A DNA stretch of 64,000 bases from a candidate division WOR-1 bacterium RIFCSPHIGHO2_01_FULL_53_15. Its GTDB lineage: Bacteria; Margulisbacteria; WOR-1; O2-12-FULL-45-9; XYB2-FULL-48-7. The stretch covers positions 17,795-81,794 of the forward strand of contig METM01000020.1 of assembly GCA_001772335.1 (NCBI GenBank), given 5' to 3'. The translations under genes and the position numbers were made by a program. Below are positions 24,859 to 35,912 of the stretch, one piece after another. The notes below the pieces were generated by a model that saw only the letters and a list, made by a program, of their open reading frames with translations, was not told the DNA's origin and did no database searches. How positions within the stretch are numbered: position 1 is the stretch's first letter; each line of letters starts with the position of its first letter.

Positions 24859-25616
24859 TTCCCCGACCCGAAACCGAAGGTCTTCCCCACCCTGGCGAAA
24901 AAGCCGTAATCTTTGAGGCGGATGAACCGCGTCTTTAGCTTCGATCGGCTGACCGCGATCTTTTGACCCGCCTTGATCGGCAGCAATTGCTGGCCGTCGG
25001 CCGTCACGCTGACACCTTCGCCGCGTTTGAGAATTATTTCAACCGGGCCGTCAAGGACCAGCGAGCGGTTGCTTAAAGAGTGCGGGCAGATGGCGGAGAC
25101 GATCAAACTCTTTGAATTGGGCGCCAGCAGCGGCCCGCCGGCCGCCAGGTTGTAGGCGGTCGAGCCGGTCGCCGTGGCCACGATCAACCCATCAGCCGTG
25201 TAGCGGCCGATCTCCGATATCTCGAATTTGATCACGCGCGAGATGCCGCTTTTGGCCAGCACAACGTCGTTTAAGGCCAGTAATTTTTTGCCGCCGAGCC
25301 GCGCTTCGAGCATCGCGCGCGCGTCAAGCTTGTAATGGCCGCTTTTCACGCTTTTGAGCGCGGTCGAGAGCTCCGAGAGCTCGATCTCCGACAAAAAGCC
25401 GACCCCGCCCAGATGGACGCCGAGAATGGGAATACCGTCGCCCGCCACCAGCCGCGCCGCCCGCAAAATTGTTCCGTCACCCCCCAGTGTCACGATAAAA
25501 TCTGCTTTTTTGAGATCGACTTTGCAGCCCTGCTGTTTCAGGTCCCTGGCAACCTGGCTCGCTGTCCCGGCGATCAGCTTGTCTTCTTTCTTATATATAA
25601 TGCCGACGGTTGTCAT
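24855..25616 (-). CDS. nadK: NAD+ kinase
   Basis: It has the GGDGT motif (TLGGDGTILRAAR) and the NE/D and DGxxxxTxxGSTAY motifs. Confidence 0.85.
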   Translation of the reverse strand: MTTVGIIYKKEDKLIAGTASQVARDLKQQGCKVDLKKADFIVTLGGDGTILRAARLVAGDGIPILGVHLGGVGFLSEIELSELSTALKSVKSGHYKLDARAMLEARLGGKKLLALNDVVLAKSGISRVIKFEISEIGRYTADGLIVATATGSTAYNLAAGGPLLAPNSKSLIVSAICPHSLSNRSLVLDGPVEIILKRGEGVSVTADGQQLLPIKAGQKIAVSRSKLKTRFIRLKDYGFFARVGKTFGFGSGN

Positions 25617-26050
25617 CAGAACAATTTCACCTGTACCATGAGATAGATTATACCAACAACGATGGCAATAATGAAGAGCGCGCTGAAGAACTGGAAATAG
25701 AAATCAAGCCCGCGCTCGCGGGGGAATTTGAAGCTCACGGTGTGTATCTCTTCCGCCTCCGGATCAACGAGAAGGATGCCGTTCAAGCCGAAAGCCCGCG
25801 CGTATTCGATCAGCTTGCGGCGAAAACCCGGCTCGGTCGGGTCAAAGCTCCCCTCGCCCCGCTTAACTACCACGACGAATTTCTTCCCGCTCCTTTCAAC
25901 AGTGTATTCCGCCTCAAGACTGCTAAGGTGATCTTGTCCGTCAACATTGACGAGGATGGACTCTTTCTGGTTCTTGCCGAGGATCTGATAACCGCGGCGC
26001 CTTAATAAGTTTTCGACCTCATTTTTCAAGCCAGATGAGATATTCAACAT
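25616..26050 (-). CDS. Hypothetical protein, possibly YraN/PD-(D/E)xK-like, with a C-terminal TM helix
   Basis: The match is weak: GYQILGKNQK...VNVDGQD...EAEYTVE...KFVVVVK. The C-terminus is hydrophobic. Confidence 0.3.
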   Translation of the reverse strand: MLNISSGLKNEVENLLRRRGYQILGKNQKESILVNVDGQDHLSSLEAEYTVERSGKKFVVVVKRGEGSFDPTEPGFRRKLIEYARAFGLNGILLVDPEAEEIHTVSFKFPRERGLDFYFQFFSALFIIAIVVGIIYLMVQVKLF

Positions 26051-26588
26051 TGCCTTTTGCTCCTTCGATCGGCGACTGCGTCAAGCCTTTGGCCCTAAAG
26101 CCTATTGCCTCCGCCTGTGCCTTAACTCTCTCGATCGTCTCACTCCGAACTTCTTCACTCCGGACTACTCCGCCTCTCGGCACCTGCTCCCGCCGCGCCT
26201 CAAATTGAGGCTTGATAAGTGCGACGACCTCCGCTTTGTCAGCCAGCAAATTATAAACCGCGGGCAGAACTTTCGAAAGCGAAATGAAAGAAACATCGAT
26301 GGTCGCCAGTCGAATGTCGGAGATCATAAGTCCAAGGTCGTTCAAAGTTAAATAACGGGCGTTGGTGCGTTCGCTAACCTTTACCCGCGGGTCCTGCCGC
26401 AGTTTCCAGGCGAGAACGCCATAGCCGACATCGACCGTGTAGACTCGTGAAGCGCCGTGCTGGAGCAGACAATCGGTGAAGCCGCCGGTCGAGGCGCCGA
26501 TGTCGAGCGCGACTTTGCCTTTGACGTCGAGCTTGAATTCTTTGAGGGCGTGCTCAAGTTTTAGCCCGCCCCGGCTGACATAAGTCAT
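26019..26588 (-). CDS. tlyA: TlyA/FtsJ-like rRNA 2'-O-methyltransferase. It is MTase-only, with no S4 domain.
   Basis: It has GGLKLEHAL, DIGASTGGFTDCLL and DVSFISL. Confidence 0.7.
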   Translation of the reverse strand: MTYVSRGGLKLEHALKEFKLDVKGKVALDIGASTGGFTDCLLQHGASRVYTVDVGYGVLAWKLRQDPRVKVSERTNARYLTLNDLGLMISDIRLATIDVSFISLSKVLPAVYNLLADKAEVVALIKPQFEARREQVPRGGVVRSEEVRSETIERVKAQAEAIGFRAKGLTQSPIEGAKGNVEYLIWLEK

Positions 26589-27598
26589 TCAAAGGGGGTT
26601 TCGCGCAGGAATTTGGCGGCGCTCTCGGGAATGACGGTGTTGATGTAGATGCCCGAGCCGAGCTCAAAGCCGGCCACGGCCGTCACCCGCGGCAGGATCA
26701 TGATATACCAGTGATAATACTCGAGGGAGCGTTCATGGCTCGGCGAAGAAACGATGACGTAGTTGTAATCGGGATTGTTCAGCGAGCGATAGATTTTCTT
26801 GAGAGTCAGGCGCATGACATAGGCCAGCTCCTTGCAGCGCTCGGGCGCTATGGCATCGAAGGTCGAGGCGTGGCTTTTCGGGATGACCATCGTCTCGAAC
26901 GGCGAGCGCGAGGCGAAGGGTTCGAGCACGATAAAATTCTCGGTCTCGGCCACGATCCTGTCGCCGAGCTTCTTCTCCTTTTGTATCATGTCGCAATAGA
27001 CGCAATGGCCGTGGTCGTCGAAATAACGCATGGCCTCCTCGATCCGGTGGCGGATATGGTTGGGGGTGATGGGCGCGGCAATGATCTGCGAGTGCGGGTG
27101 GCGCAGAGAGGTGCCGGCAGCGAGGCCATGGTTCTTGAAGATTATCACCATCTCAAAGCGCGGGTCCTGGCTCAAGGCAATGTAGCGCTCGCGGTAGGCG
27201 AGAAAGATCTCCTCCACCTGCTTCTCGGGCATGGTGGCGATCGTGAGTGTATGCTCGGGCGATTCGATCAGGACTTCGTGCTCGCCGACCCCGTTCATGT
27301 AATGGAAGAGGCCTTCTAACTCAACCCGGTCCGGGCTGCCCTGCGGCAGGAGCGCGGCGAACTTGTTCGGGATAACGCGGATCCACCAGCCGGGGGTGTT
27401 GGGGGCGGTGCCAAAGGAGCGGAAGGAGAATATTTCGTTCGGCGTCGATCTTTCGTGGCCGGCGCAGAAAGGACAGCGCTCTTTTTCATTGGCCGGCGGA
27501 TTGGCGACCCCCAGGCCCATTTCTTCGGGGCGCTTGGCGCGCTCGGTGGCGATGATCACCCATTCCTTGGTCGCGGGATTCTGGCGCAGTTCCGGCAT
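26585..27598 (-). CDS. galT: Galactose-1-phosphate uridylyltransferase (type 1, HIT-like)
   Basis: It has a CPFCAGHE zinc site and the active-site HPHSQI. Confidence 0.8.
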   Translation of the reverse strand: MPELRQNPATKEWVIIATERAKRPEEMGLGVANPPANEKERCPFCAGHERSTPNEIFSFRSFGTAPNTPGWWIRVIPNKFAALLPQGSPDRVELEGLFHYMNGVGEHEVLIESPEHTLTIATMPEKQVEEIFLAYRERYIALSQDPRFEMVIIFKNHGLAAGTSLRHPHSQIIAAPITPNHIRHRIEEAMRYFDDHGHCVYCDMIQKEKKLGDRIVAETENFIVLEPFASRSPFETMVIPKSHASTFDAIAPERCKELAYVMRLTLKKIYRSLNNPDYNYVIVSSPSHERSLEYYHWYIMILPRVTAVAGFELGSGIYINTVIPESAAKFLRETPFE

Positions 27599-27619
27599 AG
27601 GTGATTTGAATTATAACAC

Positions 27620-29728
27620 ATGAAATGCTATAATTTTATTCTCCAGATGCGGCTTTCTATTATCATAATCTTATTTTTGGCCGTCGCCCAAATTAGCTTT
27701 GCCCAGACAGGCGAAGGTTTGGCGGCCAGCCCTGTCCTGGCCGACTACGCCCGGTTTGAGGCCGCCGAAACTTTTTACGCTTCGGCGGAATACGCGGCCG
27801 CCCTGCCCGGCTACGCGCGGCTCAGCGCCGATTTCCCCGGGAGCCTGCTTCTCCCCCGCGCCCAATTAATGGTCGGCAAGAGTTATTTTAATCTCAAGGG
27901 CTACGGCAATGCGATCAAGGCATTTCGCGGCCTGCTGGCTAAATATCCGGAAGCAAAAGAAGCCGCGGAGGCCCGGTATCTTATCGCGCGGGCGCTGGAA
28001 AAGCAAAACAATTGGCGCGGCGCTTATCTGGCCTATGAAGAGACTGATCTTACCTCCCCCTTAAGCTACTTCGGCCGGGAGGCGCGCCTGGCGATCGCGC
28101 GGCTGAAAAAAGCCCACCGGAAAAAACTGCCGAAACTTAAGGTCAGCGCGCAGTCCCTCTTCAAAAAAGGGATGGCCTATTTTGAGCAGGATGATTTCGA
28201 GACCGCTTCGAATATTTTTAACCGCCTGGCCCGCCAGTACCCCAAAAGCAAATATGTGGATGAGGCCTGGCTGATGCTGGGCCGGGCCGAGATGCAGACG
28301 GGATCTCCCGCGGCGATCGGCGATCTTGAGCGGGCGGCGCAAGGCCCGCCCAACCTGGCGGGGCGGGCGACTTATTATCTCGGCCTCGCGCACGGCCGGC
28401 GCGGCTCGTTTGATAAGGCGATCGCGGCCATGAATAAAGTCGTCGACCGCTATCCCGAGTCCGACCTGGCCGACGCAGCCGCCTACTGGTCGGCTTTTTA
28501 CAGGGAAGTGGCTGGCGACGTCGACGGCGCCCTGCAGGGCTATTACGGGCTGATCAAAAAATATCCTTACAGTGAATCCGTCCCGGCCGCGATCTGGCGG
28601 CTCGGCCGGGCTTATTACTGGCGAGGCGACTGGCAGAACGCGTCGACCTCCCTCCATATGGCGCAAATCTATCCGCCGGGCGAAGACACCCCGCGCTGTT
28701 ATTTCTTTGAGGCCAAGGCGCAGGAGCGGCTGGGCAACCGGGCGGCCGCCGCCGCTATCTATGAAAAACTGGCCCAGCGCTTCGACCACTCATACTACGC
28801 GTACCGGGCGAAAGATAAGCTTATGAGCGGCGGCTACGCTTTGGCCGAACAGACGCCTTTTAACGGCGAAGAGTTTTCCGCGGCCTTAAAAGAGATCGCT
28901 GAGACAGGCCAGGAAGAGCTGGCCGCGATCATGGAGATCTGGGAGCAGACCAATAACCGGGCGCTCGAAAGCGAGAGCAGCGAAGAAGCTCGAGCGCATC
29001 TCGCCAAATATAAAGAGCTGATGAATCTCGGTTTTGCCGGCTACGCCGCCGACGAAGCCCGCTACCTGGTCAACCTGACATCCGTTGAGGAAAAAGAATC
29101 GGCGCAGGCCCGGCTGGGGGAGATGCTCATCTCGGCCGGCAATTACAAGACGCCGATCCGCTTCGCCGACCGCCGGGTCAAGGCGGCCGTCATGGCCGGC
29201 AAGCCCGGCGCCGTCTCAAAAAAGGTCTGGCAGTTAGCTTATCCCAAGGGCTACTGGCAGCACGTCGCCAATGGGGCAAAAATTTACGGCCTTGATCCCT
29301 ACCTCGTCCTCGCCGTGATCAGGGAAGAGAGCCGCTTTAACCCGAAAGCGACTTCGCGCTCTAGCGCGCGGGGACTGATGCAAATCATGCCGAAGACCGG
29401 CCGGGGAATTGCCGAGGATCTGGACATTAAGCGTTACCGGACCACGCGCCTGTATGAGCCGAAGCTCAACGTCGAAATGGGGATCTATTACCTCTCCTGC
29501 CTGATCAAGAACTTTAGCAGTAACGCATATCTCGCGCTGGCCGGCTACAACGGCGGCCCCAACAAGATAAAAAAATACGTCAAGAACTGGTATAATGACA
29601 ATCTGGCGACCGTTGATATCGACGAATTCATCGAGAGCATACCGAGCCGCGAGACACGGCTCTACGTGCAAAAGGTGATGGGGAGCTACTTTGAATACAA
29701 ACGACTCTACGAACGAAAAAGAGGCTAA
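27620..29728 (+). CDS. slt: Soluble lytic murein transglycosylase with N-terminal TPR-like repeats and signal peptide
   Basis: The SLT catalytic region is [23 protein letters not shown], followed by YNGGPN. Confidence 0.75.
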   Translation: MKCYNFILQMRLSIIIILFLAVAQISFAQTGEGLAASPVLADYARFEAAETFYASAEYAAALPGYARLSADFPGSLLLPRAQLMVGKSYFNLKGYGNAIKAFRGLLAKYPEAKEAAEARYLIARALEKQNNWRGAYLAYEETDLTSPLSYFGREARLAIARLKKAHRKKLPKLKVSAQSLFKKGMAYFEQDDFETASNIFNRLARQYPKSKYVDEAWLMLGRAEMQTGSPAAIGDLERAAQGPPNLAGRATYYLGLAHGRRGSFDKAIAAMNKVVDRYPESDLADAAAYWSAFYREVAGDVDGALQGYYGLIKKYPYSESVPAAIWRLGRAYYWRGDWQNASTSLHMAQIYPPGEDTPRCYFFEAKAQERLGNRAAAAAIYEKLAQRFDHSYYAYRAKDKLMSGGYALAEQTPFNGEEFSAALKEIAETGQEELAAIMEIWEQTNNRALESESSEEARAHLAKYKELMNLGFAGYAADEARYLVNLTSVEEKESAQARLGEMLISAGNYKTPIRFADRRVKAAVMAGKPGAVSKKVWQLAYPKGYWQHVANGAKIYGLDPYLVLAVIREESRFNPKATSRSSARGLMQIMPKTGRGIAEDLDIKRYRTTRLYEPKLNVEMGIYYLSCLIKNFSSNAYLALAGYNGGPNKIKKYVKNWYNDNLATVDIDEFIESIPSRETRLYVQKVMGSYFEYKRLYERKRG

Positions 29729-30710
29729 CGCTTTTGAGGGTCTGCGCCCCCGCCGGTTCGATAATTTCATCGGCCAGGCGCAGATCAAAAAAAATTTAAA
29801 AATACATATCGAGGCCGCCCGCGCCCGCGGCGAATCACTGGAGCACCTGCTCTTCTACGGCCCGCCCGGCCTGGGCAAGACGACGCTGGCCAATATCATC
29901 GCCGGCGAGATCGGCGCCGACATCAAGATCACCTCTGGCCCGGCCATTGAGCGGCCGGGGGACCTGGCCGCCATCTTGACCAATCTCAAAGCCCACGACA
30001 TTCTCTTTATCGACGAGATCCACCGGCTCAATAAAGTAGTGGAAGAGGTGCTCTACCCGGCCATGGAGGACTTTGGCCTCGACATCATCATCGGTAAAGG
30101 TCCCAGCGCCCGCTCGATCCGCCTCGACCTGCCAAAATTTACGCTGATCGGGGCCACGACTCGCATCGGCCTGCTCTCGGCTCCCCTGCGCGACCGGTTC
30201 GGCATCGTGAACCGGCTGGAGTTCTACGCGCCTGAAGAGTTAAAACAGATCATCATCCGCGCGGCCAAGGCCCTGGAGATCGAGATCGACGAGCAGGGAG
30301 CGGTCGAGATCGCCAAGCGCTCGCGGGGCACGCCGCGCATCGCCATCCGCTTCCTGCGCCGCGCCCGCGACTTCGCGCAGGTCAAGGGCTCCGGCAAGAT
30401 CACCAACCAGCTCGGCAAAGAGTGTCTCGATTCGATGGAGGTCGACGAATTCGGCCTCGACAAGATCGACCGCAAGTACCTGATCACCATTATTGATAAA
30501 TTCGGCGGCGGGCCGGTGGGCGTGGAAACACTTTCGGCCGGAATCTCCGAAGAAGTCGAAACCATTGAGGACGTCTATGAACCATATCTCATGCAGTTAG
30601 GTTTTATCGAGCGGACCCCCAGGGGCCGGATGGTCACGCTATCGGCAGCAAACCACGTGGGGCGGAAGTTAAAGATCGACAAGAACAGGCAACAGGAGAA
30701 ATTATTCTGA
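29691..30710 (+). CDS. ruvB: Holliday junction branch migration ATPase RuvB
   Basis: It has [24 protein letters not shown] and the RuvB C-terminal domain. Confidence 0.9.
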   Translation: MNTNDSTNEKEANAFEGLRPRRFDNFIGQAQIKKNLKIHIEAARARGESLEHLLFYGPPGLGKTTLANIIAGEIGADIKITSGPAIERPGDLAAILTNLKAHDILFIDEIHRLNKVVEEVLYPAMEDFGLDIIIGKGPSARSIRLDLPKFTLIGATTRIGLLSAPLRDRFGIVNRLEFYAPEELKQIIIRAAKALEIEIDEQGAVEIAKRSRGTPRIAIRFLRRARDFAQVKGSGKITNQLGKECLDSMEVDEFGLDKIDRKYLITIIDKFGGGPVGVETLSAGISEEVETIEDVYEPYLMQLGFIERTPRGRMVTLSAANHVGRKLKIDKNRQQEKLF

Positions 30711-31336
30711 TGAAAATGAGGCAAATTAAGGTCCACCGAAAAACTAAAGAAACTGACATCAAGATAGAGCTGAATCTCGACGGTTCCGGTAAAAGCAAGA
30801 TCGACTATCCCATCCCCTTTCTCGCCCACATGTTCACATTGTTCGCCAAACACGGACTCTTTAACCTCAAGCTTGCAGCCAAAGGAGATATCGAAGTCGA
30901 CTTACATCATATTATTGAAGACACGGGGCTGACGCTAGGCGAAGCTTTCGCCAAAGCCCTCGGGAAAAAATTGAAGATCGAGCGCTACGGCCACGCCGTC
31001 GTCCCGATGGACGAGTCGCTGGCCGAGGTCAAAGCCGCCGTTGACATCTCCGGCCGGCCGCATTTTACCTTTAAAGCCAAATTTCCCAAAGAACTTATTT
31101 ACGCAGAAATCGGCAGGGAACGGGTCAAGCTCGCGCTTGACGCTGAAATGCTGAGGGAATTCTTTGAGGCCCTTGTTTACAAGGCCGGAATTTCTCTTCA
31201 CATCGATCTCGTCCGCGGCAAAAACACGCACCACAAGATCGAAGCGATCTTCAAAGCGTTTGGCGTGGCCATGCAAAGGGCCTGCGCCATCAACCCGCGG
31301 AAAAAAGGAGTGCCTTCGACCAAGGGAGTGCTGTAA
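30710..31336 (+). CDS. hisB: Imidazoleglycerol-phosphate dehydratase
   Basis: It has RKTKETDIKIELNLDG, FLAHMF and HHIIEDTG. Confidence 0.85.
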   Translation: MKMRQIKVHRKTKETDIKIELNLDGSGKSKIDYPIPFLAHMFTLFAKHGLFNLKLAAKGDIEVDLHHIIEDTGLTLGEAFAKALGKKLKIERYGHAVVPMDESLAEVKAAVDISGRPHFTFKAKFPKELIYAEIGRERVKLALDAEMLREFFEALVYKAGISLHIDLVRGKNTHHKIEAIFKAFGVAMQRACAINPRKKGVPSTKGVL

Positions 31337-32062
31337 TTGGCCTACGAAGAAAGGACTTACCGCAATTACGTCAAAGCCGATAATCTCGTCAAGTTTGAGG
31401 TGATCGAAAAAGAAACTGATCTCCTCATCCTGGCCGAGCAGAATCTCTATGACAAAGCCCTGGCCTTGACCTTGAAATATCGCACCGAGCTGGAAAGCTA
31501 TATCCAGAGAGACCGAAAATTCCTCGAAGCGCTCTCACCGCATCGCATCCAGTACGACGCCCCGCTGATCGTCAAAGAGATGGCTTCAGCCTCCAGGAAA
31601 GTCCGGGTCGGGCCGATGGCGGCGGTCGCCGGCGCCGTGGCAGAATTTGTCGGTAAAGACCTCCGGCAATTCACCGATGAGATCATCGTTGAGAACGGCG
31701 GCGACATTTTCTTAAAGATCAACCAGCCGCGCAAGGTCGGCATCTATGCCGGGGCTTCTCCCTTTTCGGAAAAGATCGCGCTCGAAGTCGAGCCGCGGTC
31801 GAAGCCGTTTTCGGTCTGCACATCTTCAGGAACGGTCGGTCACTCGTTGAGCTTCGGCAAGGCCGACGCCGTGGTCGTCATCGCCGAAAGCGCTTTATTG
31901 GCCGACGCTGCCGCGACCGCTATCGGCAACGCCGTTACGGAAGTCACCGATATTGAAAAAGGGCTGAAATTCGCCAAGAAGATCCGCGGCTTGGATGGCG
32001 TATTAATTATTAAAGACGATCAGATGGGAGCGCTGGGGCGGGTTAAGATTGTGCCCCTTTGA
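31337..32062 (+). CDS. UPF0280-family protein
   Basis: It has GPMAAVAGAVAEFVG and TSSGTVGHSLSFGKADAVVVIA, an archaeal-type family resemblance. Confidence 0.4.
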   Translation: MAYEERTYRNYVKADNLVKFEVIEKETDLLILAEQNLYDKALALTLKYRTELESYIQRDRKFLEALSPHRIQYDAPLIVKEMASASRKVRVGPMAAVAGAVAEFVGKDLRQFTDEIIVENGGDIFLKINQPRKVGIYAGASPFSEKIALEVEPRSKPFSVCTSSGTVGHSLSFGKADAVVVIAESALLADAAATAIGNAVTEVTDIEKGLKFAKKIRGLDGVLIIKDDQMGALGRVKIVPL

Positions 32063-33235
32063 TCAGATCACATGCGGTGTGATCAAAAAGACGATCTCCG
32101 TTTTCTCCTTCTCGGTATTTTTGTTCTGGAATAACAGCCCCAGGACCGGGATGTAGCCAAGAACTGGAACCCTGGTGACATTCTCCCGCTCGCTCTCCGA
32201 CATCAGCCCGCCGATCACGATGCTCTCGCCGTCCTTGACGCGGACCGTGGCGGAGGCGTTGCGCGTCGAGATGACGGGGAAATCGCCGGCGGCGGTCGTG
32301 CGCCACTCGGAGATCGAAGAGACCTCCGGCTGGATAAAGGTTGATATGTAGCCCTCTTGCCCGAGCTGGGGAGTGATCTTCAATTTCACCCCGGCGTCGA
32401 TATAGTCGACCGTCCACTGGGTCGTTGTCCCGGTGGAGACCGGCACGGCGAAAGGGATGCGGCTGCCGATATTGATCTGCGCTTCCTGGTTGTCGAGCGT
32501 GGCGATCCTCGGGCTGGCGATGACATTGGCCCGCCCTTCGGCAATCAGCGCGTTCAACGTGGAATTGATATCCTCCGATAACGAGGTCTTTTTCGTTTCT
32601 TTGCCGGTAATGAACTTGAACGTCCCGTTGCCATAAGAGACGCCTAACTTTTTGGAATCGCTCTGGGAGATCTCCATCACCTTGCTCTCGATAAGAATTT
32701 GCGGCGTTAGTTTGTCGATCGAGTTGAGAAGTTTCTTAACGTCGTCGATCTCCGAATCGCGCCCACGGATGATGAGGGAATTGGCCCGGCCGCCAACCTG
32801 AAAGACGGCTGAGGGAATGATCTTGCCGAGGAGCTCTGCCGCCTTGCCAGCCGAGAGATATTTCAGCGTGATGACCTCGACCGCCGGTTTGTAGGCGGTC
32901 TGGTTGAGGTCCTGCGGCAGGGACGAGACCAGGAGAACCTGGCCTTTCCTTTCATAATTAAAGCCGTTCGTCCGCAGGATATATTCGATCGCCTCTTCCG
33001 GCGTCGCGTCTTTTAAGTGGATAGTGGCTTTCTTGCTCCGGGCGAAAGTTTGATCGCCCGAGACGACCAGATCGAACCCGCCGCTCTTGGCCAGCGCCTG
33101 CACCACATTGATGACCGCCGCGTCTTCAAAGTCGATGCGCGGGATCCTTTCTGACGCGTTGGCTTGAAAGCCAAAATTACAAATAATAAGCAACAAACAA
33201 GCCCAAAATCCCAAACTATTTCTCAAGTACAACAT
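32063..33235 (-). CDS. pilQ: Secretin (PilQ/GspD family)
   Basis: The C-terminal secretin motif is VPVLGYIPVLGLLFQNKN...IVFLITPHVI, and an N0-like domain is present. The start is trimmed to avoid overlap with the upstream lipoprotein. Confidence 0.7.
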   Translation of the reverse strand: MLYLRNSLGFWACLLLIICNFGFQANASERIPRIDFEDAAVINVVQALAKSGGFDLVVSGDQTFARSKKATIHLKDATPEEAIEYILRTNGFNYERKGQVLLVSSLPQDLNQTAYKPAVEVITLKYLSAGKAAELLGKIIPSAVFQVGGRANSLIIRGRDSEIDDVKKLLNSIDKLTPQILIESKVMEISQSDSKKLGVSYGNGTFKFITGKETKKTSLSEDINSTLNALIAEGRANVIASPRIATLDNQEAQINIGSRIPFAVPVSTGTTTQWTVDYIDAGVKLKITPQLGQEGYISTFIQPEVSSISEWRTTAAGDFPVISTRNASATVRVKDGESIVIGGLMSESERENVTRVPVLGYIPVLGLLFQNKNTEKEKTEIVFLITPHVI

Positions 33236-33590
33236 GATCGCTCGCAATCCTAATGATTCTATAAGCATCGATCGTTTCTCCTTCCCCGAGGGCAAGCCCG
33301 CCTCCCGCGATCTCCAAACAGGCCGTCGGCTTTTCGCCGCTGACCACCCCTGCTAACCGCAGATAGCCGGACGGCAGGAGTACGGGCTCGCCCCCTATTC
33401 TTAAAATTAATGTTTTCGGCAGGTCTCGCTGGTTGCCATATATATAGACCGCTTCCCGGCTCGGTGCGATAACGGCTTCGCCCGAAATATCTTCTGCCTC
33501 ATTTCTGATCGTAATTTTTCGTTCAGGCGAGGCACAGCCGGCCAGCGCCAGGCCAAGGATCAATAATATGACGATCGCGAGTTTGTTCAT
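33216..33590 (-). CDS. Lipoprotein (PilP/pilot-like)
   Basis: The lipobox reads LALAGCAS. It sits immediately upstream of the secretin. Confidence 0.4.
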   Translation of the reverse strand: MNKLAIVILLILGLALAGCASPERKITIRNEAEDISGEAVIAPSREAVYIYGNQRDLPKTLILRIGGEPVLLPSGYLRLAGVVSGEKPTACLEIAGGGLALGEGETIDAYRIIRIASDHVVLEK

Positions 33591-33654
33591 GCAATACGCA
33601 CAGCAATTTTATTGCCACGCTCAAGCGAGGGAAAAAGCGGCGAAATTTCGCCAC

Positions 33655-33999
33655 TTAGAGGGGGGTGAACTCTCTTTTCAGCCGTTCAACGATCCGCTGG
33701 CCGATGAATCCGAGGTCGCGCCGCTTGCCTAACAGCTCGAACATGCCGCGCCTGACCTCTTGGCCGGCGGGGGAGTCGTCCTTGCGCCATTTTTCATATT
33801 CGCGGCTGAAGACCTCTTCGGCCTCTTCTTGCATCCGGTCGACCCGCCGCTCTTTTTCTTCAAGCTCCTCGCGCTGGACGGCAGGGTAGAGTTGGCGATC
33901 GAGCGACCGCCGCCATTCCCTGGCCCAGCCGCGCTGGCTCAAGTATTCGCGGGCGATGCGTTTGCCTTCTTCGGTTGGATTGAACTCAGGGTCCGCCAT
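33655..33999 (-). CDS. Hypothetical charged protein (114 aa)
   Basis: The ORF has coding-like composition and I recognise no motif. Confidence 0.3.
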   Translation of the reverse strand: MADPEFNPTEEGKRIAREYLSQRGWAREWRRSLDRQLYPAVQREELEEKERRVDRMQEEAEEVFSREYEKWRKDDSPAGQEVRRGMFELLGKRRDLGFIGQRIVERLKREFTPL

Positions 34000-34000
34000 G

Positions 34001-34636
34001 TTATAAGGTAGTTGTGGGAGGCACCGTCGTGGTCGGCGTGCTTAAGACAAAGTTCTGCGTCGTTGTTTGCCCGATCACAATGGTTACCTCGGCAGAGGCG
34101 GCCTCAGTGTTGCCATGCGCGCTGGCGTCAATGTCGGCCTCATAAGTGCCGGGCGGGATGTAAGAGATCAGGTATTTGCCGGCCGAATCGGTCCCATCGC
34201 CATAGGTTGGGATCTCCTTAAGGTAAACCCTGATGCCAGAGACCAGCGTACCATTTGAATCCGAGACAATACCGCCGAGCCAGCCGGTCGTGGTAACAGT
34301 GACAGCGGCCGAGCCGGAAAGTGAATCGGCGGTCGCGATCACGCTCCCCGTGGCATCGACCGCGCCGGCCGTGAACAAACCGCTGCTGGTAATGCTGCCG
34401 ATATTGCCCGAAACGCTCCAGGTCGGACTGATGGCGATCAATTTGCCGCTGGCATCGCGGCCGAGAGCTGTAAAGAATTGCGTCTGGTTGACGCCGATGA
34501 TCGCCGGCGACGGGCTGATGACAATGCCCCCTACGCCGTCAGTGATGTCGCCACAGCCAGCTGGCAAAATTACCAATGACAAAATCAGAATGACGAAATA
34601 ATAACTAAATCTGAATTTAGTCAACAAGCTTGCCAT
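34001..34636 (-). CDS. Secreted protein with Big_2-like and carboxypeptidase-regulatory-like beta-sandwich domains
   Basis: It has a signal peptide. The rest is Thr/Ser/Gly-rich Ig-like sequence. Confidence 0.45.
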   Translation of the reverse strand: MASLLTKFRFSYYFVILILSLVILPAGCGDITDGVGGIVISPSPAIIGVNQTQFFTALGRDASGKLIAISPTWSVSGNIGSITSSGLFTAGAVDATGSVIATADSLSGSAAVTVTTTGWLGGIVSDSNGTLVSGIRVYLKEIPTYGDGTDSAGKYLISYIPPGTYEADIDASAHGNTEAASAEVTIVIGQTTTQNFVLSTPTTTVPPTTTL

Positions 34637-35912
34637 CTCTTACCACGATCCTGCCGCCAACGATGGTATTGATGACTTTACCTTTTAATTTCCAGCCGCC
34701 AAACGGCGTGTTCCTGCTCTTCGAGGCGAATTTGGCCGCGTCGACCGTCCACTCCGTCTTTGGGTCAACGATCACGACATCAGCGGCGGAGCCCGCTTTG
34801 AGCGTCCCCTTACCGGCCAGGTTGAGTATTTTAGCCGGGGCCGAGGTCAGTTTTTCGACCGCCTGCTTGGCAGTTAATACTTTCGTCTCGACCAGTTTTG
34901 TAATGACCAGCGCCAACGCGGTCTCGAGACCGACCAGGCCGCTCGAAGCCAGGTTGAACTCGATATTTTTCTCCTCGACATTGTGCGGCGCGTGATCGGT
35001 GGCGATCGCGTCGAGCGTGCCATCCTTCAAGCCGCGTATGACTTCTTCGACATCCGCCGATGATTTGAGCGGCGGGTTGACTTTCGCATTCGTGTCATAC
35101 TCCCTGACCGCGCTCTCCGTCAGCGAGAAATAATGCGGGCAGGTCTCGGCGCTGATGCCGATCTTATCTTTTTTCGCCTGGCGAATTAATCTGACCGAAG
35201 CGGCCGAGGAGACATGCGCGATGTGGACGCGGCCGAATTCCCTGGCCAGCAGGATATCGCGGGCGACCATGACCTCTTCGGCGAGCGACGGTATGCCGGG
35301 CAGGCCGATCTCGGTCGAGATCTCGCTCTCGTTCATCGCCCCGCCGGCCGAAAGATACGCGTCCTCGCAGTGGGAGATGACGGGGACGCCGAACTGCCGC
35401 GCGTATTCGAGGGCTCGGCGCATGATGTCGGCTCGCATGACCGGCTTGCCGTCGTCGGAGAAGGCGACCGCTCCTTCGGCAAAACAGCGGCCCATCTCCG
35501 CCAGCGCCTCGCCTTTAAGCCCTTTCGTTATGGCCGCGATCGGCAGGACGTTGACGACCGCCTCATTCTTCGCCTTGGCGACAATATACTCGACCACCGC
35601 CGGATTGTCGATCGGGGGATCGGTGTTGGCCAGACAGCAGATGGTGGTAAAGCCGCCGAGCGCGGCCGCTCTCGCGCCGCTCCTGATCGTCTCCTTGTCC
35701 GGCCGACCGGGATCGCGCAGGTGCGTATGCATGTCGATCAGGCCGGGGAGAACCCACAGCCCTTTCGCATCGATGATCTCTGCCTCTTCTTGCCCCTTGC
35801 CCCTTGCCCCTAATGCCCTTATCTTGCCATCTTCGATCAGTATATCCCTAACTTCATCGACGTTCGCCGCCGGATCAATGACCCGGCCCCCTTTAATCAG
35901 TATGCTTTTCAT
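34617..35912 (-). CDS. pyrC: Dihydroorotase
   Basis: It has DMHTHLRDPG and the DHAPH motif. Confidence 0.85.
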   Translation of the reverse strand: MKSILIKGGRVIDPAANVDEVRDILIEDGKIRALGARGKGQEEAEIIDAKGLWVLPGLIDMHTHLRDPGRPDKETIRSGARAAALGGFTTICCLANTDPPIDNPAVVEYIVAKAKNEAVVNVLPIAAITKGLKGEALAEMGRCFAEGAVAFSDDGKPVMRADIMRRALEYARQFGVPVISHCEDAYLSAGGAMNESEISTEIGLPGIPSLAEEVMVARDILLAREFGRVHIAHVSSAASVRLIRQAKKDKIGISAETCPHYFSLTESAVREYDTNAKVNPPLKSSADVEEVIRGLKDGTLDAIATDHAPHNVEEKNIEFNLASSGLVGLETALALVITKLVETKVLTAKQAVEKLTSAPAKILNLAGKGTLKAGSAADVVIVDPKTEWTVDAAKFASKSRNTPFGGWKLKGKVINTIVGGRIVVRDGKLVD

